From a virus (taxonomy: Duplodnaviria > Caudoviricetes), in IMG/VR virus record IMGVR_UViG_3300008448_000108, positions 1-54,704 of that record: DNA of 54,704 nucleotides, one strand, 5' to 3'. Positions 1-9,095 of the stretch are shown here, in pieces. The translations under genes and the position numbers were made by a program. Position 1 is the stretch's first letter. Each line of letters begins with the position of its first letter. The notes beneath the pieces are model-generated. The model worked only from the letters and a program-made list of their open reading frames with translations. It was not told where the DNA came from and ran no database searches.

Positions 1-555
1 TGCTGTTGCTGCTGGTGAGGATTCTTCTTCTTCTTCTACTTTTGGCTTTCTTCTAACAAGCGGAGAAAAAAGATTCATAGTTCCTCCCACCAAACCTCTT
101 CCTTGATAAATATTTTCTTCCCAAGGTCCAATTTCTTCAGGCTTAAGTTCATGCCTTCTTTTCCAGTTTTCAGCTATCTCAAACCATGACATTCTTTCAT
201 TTTCTTTTTCTTTCTTCTTTTTGGGATTGACTAATTCATTATATTTTTGTATTATTCTTTCTTTTATTTCTTCATATTCTGCTCTCTTAGGCCTTCCTCT
301 TCCAACCAAAATTACCTTAACCGCAGCCTTGTCAGCAACTGAGTCTGGAAATCTAAAATTAAAACCCTTAATTAGTTTAAATATAACCAGACTAATATCA
401 TCTACTCCAACCTTGCTACTTTCTATAGCCTCGAATATTTTTTTAGGATGGTAAGGATTGTCTTTTAAATATTCATAACATTTTTTGGTAGTCCAATTAT
501 GTCTATTAACGCCTTCAATTAGCTCTTCTATTTCTGCAGGGGTTCTAGCAGCCAT
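1..555 (-). CDS. Hypothetical protein, runs off the window edge (MAARTPAEIEELIEGVNRHNW...)
   Basis: ATG at 555-553 preceded by a GGTGG RBS; frame reads open to position 1; absent from the ORF track because it has no stop in the window. Confidence 0.75.
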   Translation of the reverse strand, partial: MAARTPAEIEELIEGVNRHNWTTKKCYEYLKDNPYHPKKIFEAIESSKVGVDDISLVIFKLIKGFNFRFPDSVADKAAVKVILVGRGRPKRAEYEEIKERIIQKYNELVNPKKKKEKENERMSWFEIAENWKRRHELKPEEIGPWEENIYQGRGLVGGTMNLFSPLVRRKPKVEEEEESSPAATA

Positions 556-564
556 ATTTCCACC

Positions 565-951
565 TTATTCTTCATCATATAAAATTGAGTCTATTGCTCG
601 CTCAATTTTGTAAGATAGCTTATGATTTAAAGAATCTGCAGCAAGATTTGCTAAAGAATGAAGTTCTTTTAAGAGGCTCTCTTTTGCAGTTTTATGATCA
701 TCATCTGTAATTTTATCTTTAGCCTTATCCTCATCTACAGCATTATCATCTGCGGCAGCAGTAGCCTTATTAGTATCAGACTGAGCCTTGGCAACATCAC
801 GAATAGATGCTGCAAGATCCCTATTTGCATCGGCTACCTGTTTGATTTGTTGAGCCTTATCTTGTGCTTCTTTTTTAAATATAGATTCTAGCTCCTTCAT
901 AACTTCGCTAGACTCCCAGACTTTATTATCCATATAGTCCCATTTAGACAT
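565..951 (-). CDS. Hypothetical head-module protein (128 aa)
   Basis: AGGAG RBS, co-directional with the head genes, carries the FKKEAQ motif. Confidence 0.75.
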   Translation of the reverse strand: MSKWDYMDNKVWESSEVMKELESIFKKEAQDKAQQIKQVADANRDLAASIRDVAKAQSDTNKATAAADDNAVDEDKAKDKITDDDHKTAKESLLKELHSLANLAADSLNHKLSYKIERAIDSILYDEE

Positions 952-1012
952 AATATTCTCCTTTATTTAAAAAATAATAATTAGTAAATATTAGCCTAAT
1001 TGAAAACTAATA

Positions 1013-1705
1013 TTATAGCCAGAGGAATTCTAGAGTTGAATTTGTAGAGGATGGAGGTCCAGTTACTACGGCAACACCAGGATGAGAAGTGGTTGGTTGT
1101 TTAGTAGTTAGCTTTCCATCTATACCTACATATAGCGTTGCATTTAGGGGATAATTTTGCCTGGTATCAAATTGATCCGTAGCATAAAATCCACGATTGT
1201 AATGAACTGTAACTCTACCACTACCAATAGTAGAATCATCTCCTGGCTGGTTGGCAATTCTATAAGTATAATTTACAATCACCTTAAATGAATCTAATAC
1301 ATCATCTCCATCAGAGTCATAATTAAGAGGTGTTCCAGCCGGAATTATTATTACACCATTTATTGGATTTAATACAACTGATATTGTAGATGTAAAACTA
1401 TTTTCTAACAGATTAGAGAATTGCAAGAACCCATAGGCATCTGCTGAGTTTACAATTTGTCCGCTACCATTTAATTCTGTTGCGCCACCTGAAACTTCAA
1501 CTATTTCATCAATTTGATTTTTGGTAAAAGCTTTGGTTCTAATATCATCAATAATACCAACAGGAGCTGTTCCGTCGCTTATTCCACAAATTATATCGTT
1601 ACCAATTACTTTTAATTGTGCAATCATCCCAGGCTCAAATTCAGCAGTTGGATCTAGGGGGAAACTAACAGGTAATGATGTTCCAGTATGAACTATTCTT
1701 AACAT
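1013..1705 (-). CDS. Putative capsid decoration/cement-like protein
   Basis: Beta-rich, Gly/Pro-rich 230 aa downstream of the protease-scaffold; FEPGMIAQL...GIIDD...GSGRVTV...YPLNATLYVGIDGKLTT resembles beta-tulip head decoration proteins (inference). Confidence 0.5.
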   Translation of the reverse strand: MLRIVHTGTSLPVSFPLDPTAEFEPGMIAQLKVIGNDIICGISDGTAPVGIIDDIRTKAFTKNQIDEIVEVSGGATELNGSGQIVNSADAYGFLQFSNLLENSFTSTISVVLNPINGVIIIPAGTPLNYDSDGDDVLDSFKVIVNYTYRIANQPGDDSTIGSGRVTVHYNRGFYATDQFDTRQNYPLNATLYVGIDGKLTTKQPTTSHPGVAVVTGPPSSTNSTLEFLWL

Positions 1706-1734
1706 TTTAACCTCTAAATTATAATAAATATTAA

Positions 1735-1764
1735 TAAAAAAGAGGGAGGTTTTAGCCTCCCTCT
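1735..1764 (-). terminator. Rho-independent terminator
   Basis: Perfect 9-bp stem AGAGGGAGG/CCTCCCTCT, 6-nt loop, U-tract on the minus strand, just after the 283-aa gene. Confidence 0.85.
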
Positions 1765-1793
1765 CTAATTTATACTTTAGTATAAATTATATT

Positions 1794-2645
1794 TTAGCCT
1801 TTTTTGATATTTAAAATGGTGGCCTGAATTATATCTCCGGTCATTCTGTCGCCTTCGGTATATGAATCCTTAGCCATTTTAACAAGCTCGGCTACTACTT
1901 GATATTTTCCTGCTGCCTTAACAATCGCTTCTTCCTTGATTTCTGAGGCGGTGATGGCAACCATATCTGCTGCGAAGCCATTTCCGCTACCTCTTAACTC
2001 TGAAGCAATTTTGCCAAGTTCAGCAACTACATACTTTGCCTTATCGTCAACTAATGAGGCAATATCACGCTCAACGGTCAACTTATTATTTTTTGCTTGA
2101 GAGGCATTCTTGATTTGTGCTGCTTCGGTTTCTACAACTTTTGCTGCACTGACTGCACCCTTTGCTCTAAGTGACTTGGCAACTTTTGATAACTCATTTT
2201 CTATACGCTTTGATTCTTTATCAAAAGCTGCATCATCTGCCTGGAAAGAATTGTTATCGAAGTTTCTTTGGCTTATTGCGTTATCTCTTGATTCTGAGCA
2301 TTTGCACTTTCTAGATTTGCAAGCTTTGCATACCTTGTCTTTTGCATAGCCAGAAACTTCCGACATACTATCGCAAGCTGCATTATTATCATGAGCATAA
2401 CCACAATAGGAGCAATTGTTATCATCAGAATGGTGTTCAATCTTTTTATCAAGCCCATGCGATACTTTTTCTTCTGCGCCATCTTCCGAGCTATCAACGA
2501 GGTAGTCTGCAGCCTCATCTTCAGAAATCTTGCTGGCTTCTTTCTTAATATCAGAGAAGTTGCTAGCTTTAGCTTTCTTTAGGGCAGAAACTCTTGCTTG
2601 AAAATTTTTAGCAAGCTCTTCTGCCATGTATTTATTGCCTATCAT
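1794..2645 (-). CDS. Hypothetical head/core protein with Cys-rich insert and helical repeats
   Basis: GGAG RBS; follows the protease-scaffold; repeated EL.K.A..LR..G...AA..V units; CSYC..H and CKAC...CKC clusters. Confidence 0.75.
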   Translation of the reverse strand: MIGNKYMAEELAKNFQARVSALKKAKASNFSDIKKEASKISEDEAADYLVDSSEDGAEEKVSHGLDKKIEHHSDDNNCSYCGYAHDNNAACDSMSEVSGYAKDKVCKACKSRKCKCSESRDNAISQRNFDNNSFQADDAAFDKESKRIENELSKVAKSLRAKGAVSAAKVVETEAAQIKNASQAKNNKLTVERDIASLVDDKAKYVVAELGKIASELRGSGNGFAADMVAITASEIKEEAIVKAAGKYQVVAELVKMAKDSYTEGDRMTGDIIQATILNIKKG

Positions 2646-2654
2646 GATAACTCC

Positions 2655-5600
2655 TTAATCCCAGAGGGAGGCGAGTGTTTTTGCGTCAACCTTGCCAGAG
2701 TTGGTGGTTGCATTGGTTTGTTCACCATCATCATTTAGTCCAATATTCAATCCAGAAACATCAGATGCGGTCTTTACGTGTGAGACGGTACCCTGGAAGT
2801 TTGCTACAGAGCGCTTGAATGCTTCAAATGCTTTGTCATCAAAGTCCATCATGGTATCAACCTGACGATCTAGAGCTGGACGAGATTGAGCAATCATGCC
2901 CTTTCTCTGCATTTCCATGGCAACGTTATAAGCTCTACGTAGCTTTACTCTGTAAGATTCGCGTTCTTCTTCTGCCTTCTTGTTGAGGAATGACTTTTCT
3001 AGAGCTTCTTTTACAGAATCTGCCTTATCTTCAGATTTATTCATGTGCATTTTATCTTTGCTCATGTGCATCTTATCCTTGCTCATATCGTCCTTAGCCT
3101 CATCTAGGGCCATATCCTCATCAGATTCATTATCGTCAGATTCGTCACCACCTAGGAATCCAAAATCATCATCCTCATCTCCCTCAAAACCTTCACCTTC
3201 TTCGTCTAGCTCAGATCCTTCATCTTCACCGACTTCATCATCTCCTTCATAATCTTCATCTTCATCGGCTTGATCATCAGTTGGCCACTGCTTACCAGAT
3301 CCTCTTGGGAAGTCGATATCATCATAGCTGCTAAATGACATATCTTGATGTGGTTTATATTCCATCTTGCTTCCATCAAGTACCTCGATACCGCTAGCAA
3401 CCTTTACCATATTTCTGCGAGCAACTTTTAACATCTCTAGTCTGCGAGCTTTTCTCATGCTTAAAGCTGCTGTAACTAGACCATCTGAAGCCTCATTACC
3501 TTCTTCATCATTAGCTTCATCATCAGCTAAATAAGAACCTTCTCCAGTTTCTGCTTCGAAATCCTCTGCACTATTATCAATACCATGACCATGCTGTGCT
3601 TTCTTAACTAGATCGCTATAAAGAGAGTTTGCAGCCTTGACTAAGGTACCAGACTTAGAAATGATGTTAGAGAATTCTCTTACGGCTTCTTTGGTTATGT
3701 TATTTAGATCTGCACGTTGCTTGGCAGTTAGAAGATTTCTTCTATCGTAGGTTTCGCATAGAAGAGCTAGCTCATCAGCTGAATCTTTTGACTCAGCAAG
3801 GGCAATCTTTAGATTGCTCATTAGCCTTCTTGATAGCGCCATCTTTTCTTCGCCACCAGCACCTTCTACATCTACACCTGGTTTGTTACCAACGTTTACG
3901 TTGATATCTACATCTTCACCACCAGATAGCTTATTGACTGCATCTCTAATTTTTTCAATATTGTCTTCCATAACAACTAGTGAATCTTCAACTACTTGCT
4001 TTGGAGCCTTGTCCTCTTCACCTTCGCCCTCTGCGCCTTCTGGACCCATATCTGGACCGCCTGGTGGTGGAGGTGGTGGTGCACCCATATCTGGACCGCC
4101 TGGTGGTGGAGGTGGAGGTGGACCCATATCTGGACCGCCTGGTGGTGGAGGTGGTGGTGCAGCCTGGCCGCGCTTGGTTAGTAAGCCACCAACATAATCT
4201 AGTCCGTTTTCACGAATCTGGGCGATAACTGCACGAGCATAATCCTTGCTGTTAATCCAATTCCAATTTTCTTCGAGTCTTGGGCCAAAAATATCTCTTG
4301 CAGTTGCTGCAATAACTAGCTTGTCGCCAGCAAAAACTTCAAAAGATGAAGCGGCCTTATTGATGGAGCCATTTGCTCCTCTCTTGTGCCTAAAGCGAGT
4401 AGATAGTGCTGGACCATTATATCCGGCACGCTTTTGCATTGTTTTTACCTTTTCATCACCAGGAAACATACCTTCGTCACCACCCATTGACTTGCCCTGG
4501 TGCATTTGCTTGTCATCTGCCCAGTATTTGTGGTAATCTTCTGACTTAAAGCCCTTTGGTTCTACACCCTCAGAACCACCTTGATGATAGGCAATCTTCT
4601 TTCTCATAGCTTCTAGCTTGGCTCTCTTTAGTTGCTCCTTGACCTTTTCATCGCCAGGAACCATACCTTCATCACCACCCATTGACTTGCCCTGGTGCAT
4701 TTGCTTATCATCTGCCCAGTACTTGTGGTAATCTTCTGACTTAAAGCCCTTTGGCTCTACGCCCTCAGAACCACCTTGGTGGTAAGCTAGTTTACGACGT
4801 AATGCAGCGCGCTTGCGCAATCTTGACTCATTCATAATTTCCTCCATAATGGAACTTAATTTAACGGTATTTGTGTCATCAATAGATGCAGTTGATAATT
4901 GATCATCAGAAAGATCTACACTTAGTAGATCTCCCTCTGGACTAAATGTATTTGGATGTGATTCAGTGATTCCACTGGTCACTCCAGACTCAGGAAAAGC
5001 AACATTAGAAATGCCTCTGAGAGTTGGATTAACTCCCTCACTATCCATTGAGGTAAAAGATTCTTCAATTGGATATTCTCTAGCAGATGCAATTTTTTCA
5101 ATTATATTTTCACCAAGCATCTTCTTTATTACACTAGACTTTTCTGGATCAGTTAGGGCGTTTGCAACTTCTACAGCCATAACAGCTTCTTCAAGGACAT
5201 TCTTTTTTGTTTTTAGGCTAGATGTTTTTGTAAAGCCATTGGTATTTAGATATCCCCTTACAATCTTTTGTCTTTGTTCTAGAGAGCATCCATTTTCTCC
5301 ACAGACAGATCCTAAAAGCATATCTAAATCATTAGCAGTCTTATCATCTAGTTTTTTATACAAAGTATCTGTATCTACACCATAAGATTTTAATTCTTCA
5401 TCGTGTTTTTGAATTGAGGCAAAGCATCTTAATAGTATAGCTCCAGGCTCTGCCGGCTGAACAACCAAGCTATATTCAATGGGGTTTAATCCAACGTTAA
5501 TTTCTCCCCAGGCTTGTTTCTTAGTAATATGGTCACAATATTGCTTTGGAGTAGAAGCTCTATTTCCGCACTCGGAGCAGATAGAGGTAGAAACTGCAGT

Positions 5601-6149
5601 ACCCATTGAGCCATATCTAACAACACCAGTCTGAACTTTTCTTGCAAGATCTGGATAATTTACCTTATCTAGTGCGCAGAGTCCAACTATTTGCTTAAGC
5701 TTCTCGTCATAGTGAGTATCAAGAATAACTCCTCTGACGCCATCTACTGAGTCAGACTTATGATCTACGCAGAGTGGTCTTCCAATCCAATTCCTTGCTG
5801 CCTTCTTTAATTCTGATTCTGGAAATATATCATTGTTATTATTTTTGTGTGGCTTAACATTTCCATGCCACTTCCAGTTATCATCAAAATGCCCCCAAGC
5901 ATTTTCTTTGCCAATCTTTTTAAGATTGCCATTATCATCTATAGTGCATACCTCTGCTGACTTTAAAAATATAATTGAGAAATAAAGAAAGTCATCAGAT
6001 CGTGGGGCGATTGCCTTAATTGTTTGAGCAAACTTATTTAATCTATCAGTGACCTCTGCACTTGCATGAGCTTCAAATTCTGAAGGTGAAATAGCTTGGA
6101 CTACGCTTTCATCTGTATGGCCGATTTTTAAAAAATTATGTGTTGACAT
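2655..6149 (-). CDS. Prohead maturation protease (HK97/assemblin-like SH clan) fused to a long scaffold-like region
   Basis: N-terminal NNDIF..EL, PLCVDH (His), YGSMG (Ser), CSEC...CDH zinc site, IEYSLVVQPA; C-terminal low-complexity acidic, Pro-rich and coiled-coil segments; lies downstream of the portal. Confidence 0.75.
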   Translation of the reverse strand: MSTHNFLKIGHTDESVVQAISPSEFEAHASAEVTDRLNKFAQTIKAIAPRSDDFLYFSIIFLKSAEVCTIDDNGNLKKIGKENAWGHFDDNWKWHGNVKPHKNNNNDIFPESELKKAARNWIGRPLCVDHKSDSVDGVRGVILDTHYDEKLKQIVGLCALDKVNYPDLARKVQTGVVRYGSMGTAVSTSICSECGNRASTPKQYCDHITKKQAWGEINVGLNPIEYSLVVQPAEPGAILLRCFASIQKHDEELKSYGVDTDTLYKKLDDKTANDLDMLLGSVCGENGCSLEQRQKIVRGYLNTNGFTKTSSLKTKKNVLEEAVMAVEVANALTDPEKSSVIKKMLGENIIEKIASAREYPIEESFTSMDSEGVNPTLRGISNVAFPESGVTSGITESHPNTFSPEGDLLSVDLSDDQLSTASIDDTNTVKLSSIMEEIMNESRLRKRAALRRKLAYHQGGSEGVEPKGFKSEDYHKYWADDKQMHQGKSMGGDEGMVPGDEKVKEQLKRAKLEAMRKKIAYHQGGSEGVEPKGFKSEDYHKYWADDKQMHQGKSMGGDEGMFPGDEKVKTMQKRAGYNGPALSTRFRHKRGANGSINKAASSFEVFAGDKLVIAATARDIFGPRLEENWNWINSKDYARAVIAQIRENGLDYVGGLLTKRGQAAPPPPPPGGPDMGPPPPPPPGGPDMGAPPPPPPGGPDMGPEGAEGEGEEDKAPKQVVEDSLVVMEDNIEKIRDAVNKLSGGEDVDINVNVGNKPGVDVEGAGGEEKMALSRRLMSNLKIALAESKDSADELALLCETYDRRNLLTAKQRADLNNITKEAVREFSNIISKSGTLVKAANSLYSDLVKKAQHGHGIDNSAEDFEAETGEGSYLADDEANDEEGNEASDGLVTAALSMRKARRLEMLKVARRNMVKVASGIEVLDGSKMEYKPHQDMSFSSYDDIDFPRGSGKQWPTDDQADEDEDYEGDDEVGEDEGSELDEEGEGFEGDEDDDFGFLGGDESDDNESDEDMALDEAKDDMSKDKMHMSKDKMHMNKSEDKADSVKEALEKSFLNKKAEEERESYRVKLRRAYNVAMEMQRKGMIAQSRPALDRQVDTMMDFDDKAFEAFKRSVANFQGTVSHVKTASDVSGLNIGLNDDGEQTNATTNSGKVDAKTLASLWD
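3042..3086 (-). repeat. 21-nt tandem repeat encoding (MSKDKMH)x2
   Basis: catgtgcattttatctttgct followed by catgtgcatcttatccttgct. Confidence 0.8.
4042..4158 (-). repeat. 3 x 39-nt tandem repeat encoding poly-Pro/GGPDMG units
   Basis: Near-identical units at 4042, 4081 and 4120. Confidence 0.9.
4444..4787 (-). repeat. Internal duplication (~145 nt, 195-nt period) encoding AYHQGGSEGVEPKGFKSEDYHKYWADDKQMHQGKSMGGDEGM.PGDEKVK twice
   Basis: Copies at ~4447-4592 and ~4642-4787; protein nearly identical, DNA differs mostly at synonymous positions. Confidence 0.9.
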
Positions 6150-6211
6150 TTTTTTCCTTGAAAATTCAAAATAGTTTATTTTATTAGCTGTTTCAAAAAT
6201 TGTGTAAAAAA

Positions 6212-8035
6212 TTAATCAGATAAAATTACCAAACCAAGTATATCTGAATTAATATGTTTTTTACCCTTATCTATAGATGATTTCAAATCTTCTATTGTTT
6301 TTTCGTAAGCGGTAGTTTTTTGAGTTAGGATATTTATAAATTCTGGGGATGTAATTTGTTCTAATAAATTAAAAACTTCATCAATTGAATCAGAACTAGA
6401 TTTGGCGCTGCTAGTTAAAGATTCAATAACCTGGGGAGTTATAGTGCTATCTTTAATATTATTTAAAATTTTTATAGAGTCTCTTAAGTCAATAAGTATA
6501 TTTTTAAACTTTTCACGATTGTTTTTACAAGATTGATTATACTGGCCCTTTGTATTTTTTATTGCTTCAGGATTCTTTTCATTTAATTTATTATACTCTT
6601 CTACATTCTTTTTTAGGCCATCCAGAGACTCATTGCTTAAGTTAAAGGCATTCTCTAATTTTTTATAAACATCCTTTGCCATGTTCTTGGTGTCATCTGG
6701 AACTGGCACTCCTGCTCGCTTGAGTATTGTAGGATCAGTATAAATCTTATAATCCTGATTGCCATATTTTTTTCTAAAAGAATTTATTATATCATTAGCA
6801 CCAGAGTCTTTTGGAATGGATTGAATCTCAAAGTTTGGATACTCTCCAAAATGAAGATTATATTTTGATGCAATAATTTCCTTTAAATACTTTGGATTAG
6901 GAAATCTTGTTACTACTATAGGCTTAGATTTTTTGTCATAAGAAACCTTTCTTAATGCAGAAAGCATCTTAAAATCATCATTAGATAATGTTTTCATAAA
7001 ATTATCTAAGCTTTTGTTTAGGCTAATAATAATTCCGGCGTCTTTCTTTAAGCCCTTAGACAAGATGGCTTCTACATTTAAATCTTTATATACTTCTTGG
7101 CCTGAGGCATTCTTAATAATAGAGGCTGTATGCCCACCAAGCTTTCTATAAGGTCTATCTACTTCTGTATCTTCAGATACTTTATAAACCCTAATGGTTG
7201 GTGACTGCTCAATTAATCCATCAAAATCAAATATATGAATTTCTTTTTTGGATGGCTTTAAAACATTAGAGATAAAATTAGAAAATATTCTATTTTTTGA
7301 TGCAGTCTTAACAATATTATTATTTACATTTAAAATTGGAAATGACTTCCAACTAGATACAGAATTATTTCCAAGTGTAGAATATTTTATAATGATATTT
7401 TTAGATCCAAAATTTTTTGATATTTTATTTAGTTCACCAATCTTCTTTGAAAATGCATCATGCTTACTAGAGAAGGAAACCCGATTCCCATGACAAAGCC
7501 CTAGTCTGTCAGATAATCCTCCGCATATTTCCAATACATTCTTAACGTCTGCACATCCAAACGTGGCTAGTGTTCCAGGTTGAATATTTCTATAAATCTT
7601 TTTTATTTTATCATTTTTATCTATAAATAAAATGTCTATAGGAAACTTTACAGAACCCATATGATATACAACATCTTCAGGTCTGGAATACTCAAAGACT
7701 AATCCAGCAGACTCAGACAAGTTATCATAAGTTTGCAGTCCTGCAATTTTTTGCTGCATAGTCTTTGCAATATCACAAGAAAATGTTGCAAGAATATCTT
7801 CATCGCTATAGATATCTACACTTAATGTCGATTCTTTTTTATCTTTATCTTTGGCGTAATCTTCCTGTGGTGGACTTATGATGCCACCACTACCATATCC
7901 AAATGGTTCTGGCATAGGATTATGAGATTCTCCTATGGCAAAAGTAGAACGTTCTTGAGAATCTTTTTCTCTAGAAGTTTCTGCACCCATTTCTTTTTCT
8001 TCTGATCCAATCCAAGGCCATGCTTTCTTTTTCAT
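6212..8035 (-). CDS. DUF192-domain fusion protein with HAD-like DFDG motif and C-terminal coiled coil
   Basis: DIAKT..QKIAGLQ...AGLVFEY...HMGSVKFPIDILFID...VLEICGG matches the DUF192 pattern; IHIFDFDGLI; helical C-terminus. Confidence 0.65.
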   Translation of the reverse strand: MKKKAWPWIGSEEKEMGAETSREKDSQERSTFAIGESHNPMPEPFGYGSGGIISPPQEDYAKDKDKKESTLSVDIYSDEDILATFSCDIAKTMQQKIAGLQTYDNLSESAGLVFEYSRPEDVVYHMGSVKFPIDILFIDKNDKIKKIYRNIQPGTLATFGCADVKNVLEICGGLSDRLGLCHGNRVSFSSKHDAFSKKIGELNKISKNFGSKNIIIKYSTLGNNSVSSWKSFPILNVNNNIVKTASKNRIFSNFISNVLKPSKKEIHIFDFDGLIEQSPTIRVYKVSEDTEVDRPYRKLGGHTASIIKNASGQEVYKDLNVEAILSKGLKKDAGIIISLNKSLDNFMKTLSNDDFKMLSALRKVSYDKKSKPIVVTRFPNPKYLKEIIASKYNLHFGEYPNFEIQSIPKDSGANDIINSFRKKYGNQDYKIYTDPTILKRAGVPVPDDTKNMAKDVYKKLENAFNLSNESLDGLKKNVEEYNKLNEKNPEAIKNTKGQYNQSCKNNREKFKNILIDLRDSIKILNNIKDSTITPQVIESLTSSAKSSSDSIDEVFNLLEQITSPEFINILTQKTTAYEKTIEDLKSSIDKGKKHINSDILGLVILSD

Positions 8036-8322
8036 TATAGCACCTTCATTAATTCGTTAATTACCATTCTAATAAAAACCTGATCTCTGCCATTTAAAAT
8101 ATTTTTTATTAGACCAATACTTACGCCAATAGCTGCACCGCCAGGATTTTTCTTGCTTGATATATCAGCCACTGGAAGCTTATACACTCTAGATCTAATA
8201 TTTGGATAAGCCTTATTTTTTGATTCAATAGACATTCTTCCAATAATAACATCTACAATGTCTCGAATTTGCTCTGCAACATATTTTGGATTATCAGGAA
8301 ATCCCCTTGCTTCTTTTTTCAT
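8035..8322 (-). CDS. Hypothetical protein (likely start MKKEARG at 8322)
   Basis: Internal ATG with GAGGGA RBS right after the previous stop; removes the overlap seen in the 118-aa track ORF. Confidence 0.7.
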   Translation of the reverse strand: MKKEARGFPDNPKYVAEQIRDIVDVIIGRMSIESKNKAYPNIRSRVYKLPVADISSKKNPGGAAIGVSIGLIKNILNGRDQVFIRMVINELMKVL

Positions 8323-8323
8323 A

Positions 8324-8848
8324 TTATCCCTCAGAAAGATATTGACTTGCTCTATGTAGCACCTTTTTATAAGCAGATCTTTTGCATTCATCTAGATTTT
8401 TGTTTCTCATATTTTCTAACAGAATGGTCCTACTATAAATTTTTGTTAGCTTCTTGATTACTTCATTGCTATCTGATATATCTGCTCTTTTTATTTTTAC
8501 AATTAACTTGTTAAATAATGATGTTGGGTTTTCATAAATTGTTTCTGCAAATTTTGCAATCAAAAAGTCTGTAAAATTTGCGAGTGCTTCTTCCCCATCA
8601 GAGTCCATTGAATCTCCTAAGGACACTAACACATTTAGGAGATCATCTTCATCAGACTTGTTAGAGATATTATCTGTATTTCTAGAGTTATCATTATTTG
8701 ACTTTGGGTTATCAAAAGATCCATATAACTCACTAAGAACTGGCCCTGCAGATACCATTCCAGTTGTAGATGTGGAGTAGCTGCCGTCTGCTGGTTTGGG
8801 CATACTTATCTCTGAAGCCTCACCACTATAGTAAGATATTTTCTTCAT
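8324..8848 (-). CDS. Hypothetical head-module protein (174 aa)
   Basis: Overlaps the upstream gene by 4 nt; L..LGD.MD..G....A.F.D pattern resembles the helical units of the 283-aa protein. Confidence 0.7.
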   Translation of the reverse strand: MKKISYYSGEASEISMPKPADGSYSTSTTGMVSAGPVLSELYGSFDNPKSNNDNSRNTDNISNKSDEDDLLNVLVSLGDSMDSDGEEALANFTDFLIAKFAETIYENPTSLFNKLIVKIKRADISDSNEVIKKLTKIYSRTILLENMRNKNLDECKRSAYKKVLHRASQYLSEG

Positions 8849-9045
8849 TTCTTATTCTCTTTCTTTTTTCCGAATGATGCGGACGAAACCTCGCCGCTTA
8901 AAGAATGAAGCTTATAAGGTTTTTTTGGCTTATAGCCCTGAACTATTTCTTGGGCAGAAAAAACCTTGCCACTAGAGTCTATATATCTAGACTGAGTAGA
9001 CGTTGCCTCCTGAGCTTTTTTAGATATAGTTTTTTTATTTGGCAT
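8845..9045 (-). CDS. Small basic hypothetical protein (66 aa)
   Basis: GGGGGA RBS, ISKKAQ motif, follows the portal gene. Confidence 0.6.
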   Translation of the reverse strand: MPNKKTISKKAQEATSTQSRYIDSSGKVFSAQEIVQGYKPKKPYKLHSLSGEVSSASFGKKKENKK

Positions 9046-9095
9046 AGCTATCCCCCCTAAAATAAAGTTTAATTAATTACCATATTTCAATAATT

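Noticed and set aside
1301-1320. DSDGDD in the 230-aa protein as an RNA polymerase DxDGD site
   Set aside because: No NADFDGD-type context and the protein is far too small; more likely an acidic or Ca-binding loop
4042-4158. 39-nt repeats as a CRISPR array or a eukaryotic formin/WASP gene
   Set aside because: The repeats are contiguous with no spacers, in frame within the protease-scaffold, and in a phage context with Shine-Dalgarno sites
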